Positions 63,863-64,000 of a stretch of DNA of 64,000 nt are shown here, piece by piece (the first letter of the stretch is position 1; each line of letters opens with the position of its first letter). The stretch is from the NCBI RefSeq assembly GCF_018977255.1, contig NW_024704742.1, forward strand, positions 122,142,001 through 122,206,000. The letters run 5' to 3'. Position numbers and translations under genes: made by a program. The notes beneath the pieces were generated by a model. The model was not told where the DNA came from. It was given only the letters and a program-made list of their open reading frames with translations, and ran no database searches. Origin of the DNA: Callorhinchus milii. Taxonomy: Eukaryota.

Positions 63863-64000
63863 ACAACAACAAAATTACATTTGAATAGCGCCTTTCACAT
63901 CGGGGAGGACGTCCCAAGGTGCTGGACAGACAAACCTTTGGACCTGTGCTGGGAATCGGGGTCGGGGAGGGTGAAGGCCAGTGGGGGGAAGCAGGGAGAT
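63863..64000 (-). mobile_element. L2 3' end, running off the window
   Basis: (caa)n, then atagcgcctttcacatcggggaggacgtcccaaggtgctggacag. Confidence 0.8.

Overview
This is AT-rich vertebrate genomic DNA with no recognisable intact gene. The repeat content points to a cartilaginous fish, most like a chimaera such as the elephant shark (inference): a young tRNA-Ala-headed SINE, an older SacSINE1-like DeuSINE, L2 and CR1 LINE fragments, and foldback/MITE elements. Nearly all ORFs in the track are spurious or repeat-derived. Two non-repeat signals stand out. (1) The + strand carries two strong 'polypyrimidine tract-TAG|GTAAGT' zero-length-exon motifs about 32 kb apart (17516/17517 and 49367/49368). 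The first has a textbook branch point and is followed by a 122-nt exon with stops in all three frames. This is the signature of recursive splicing, so the window is probably part of a very long + strand intron. (2) The - strand carries an intronless, open-frame C-terminal fragment of MTFR1 (62338-62102) plus 3'UTR, fused in the same orientation to a 5'-truncated SINE that ends in the L2-recognised tail. It may be a chimeric SINE/mRNA retrocopy made by template switching. Repeat boundaries were estimated by eye and are approximate.
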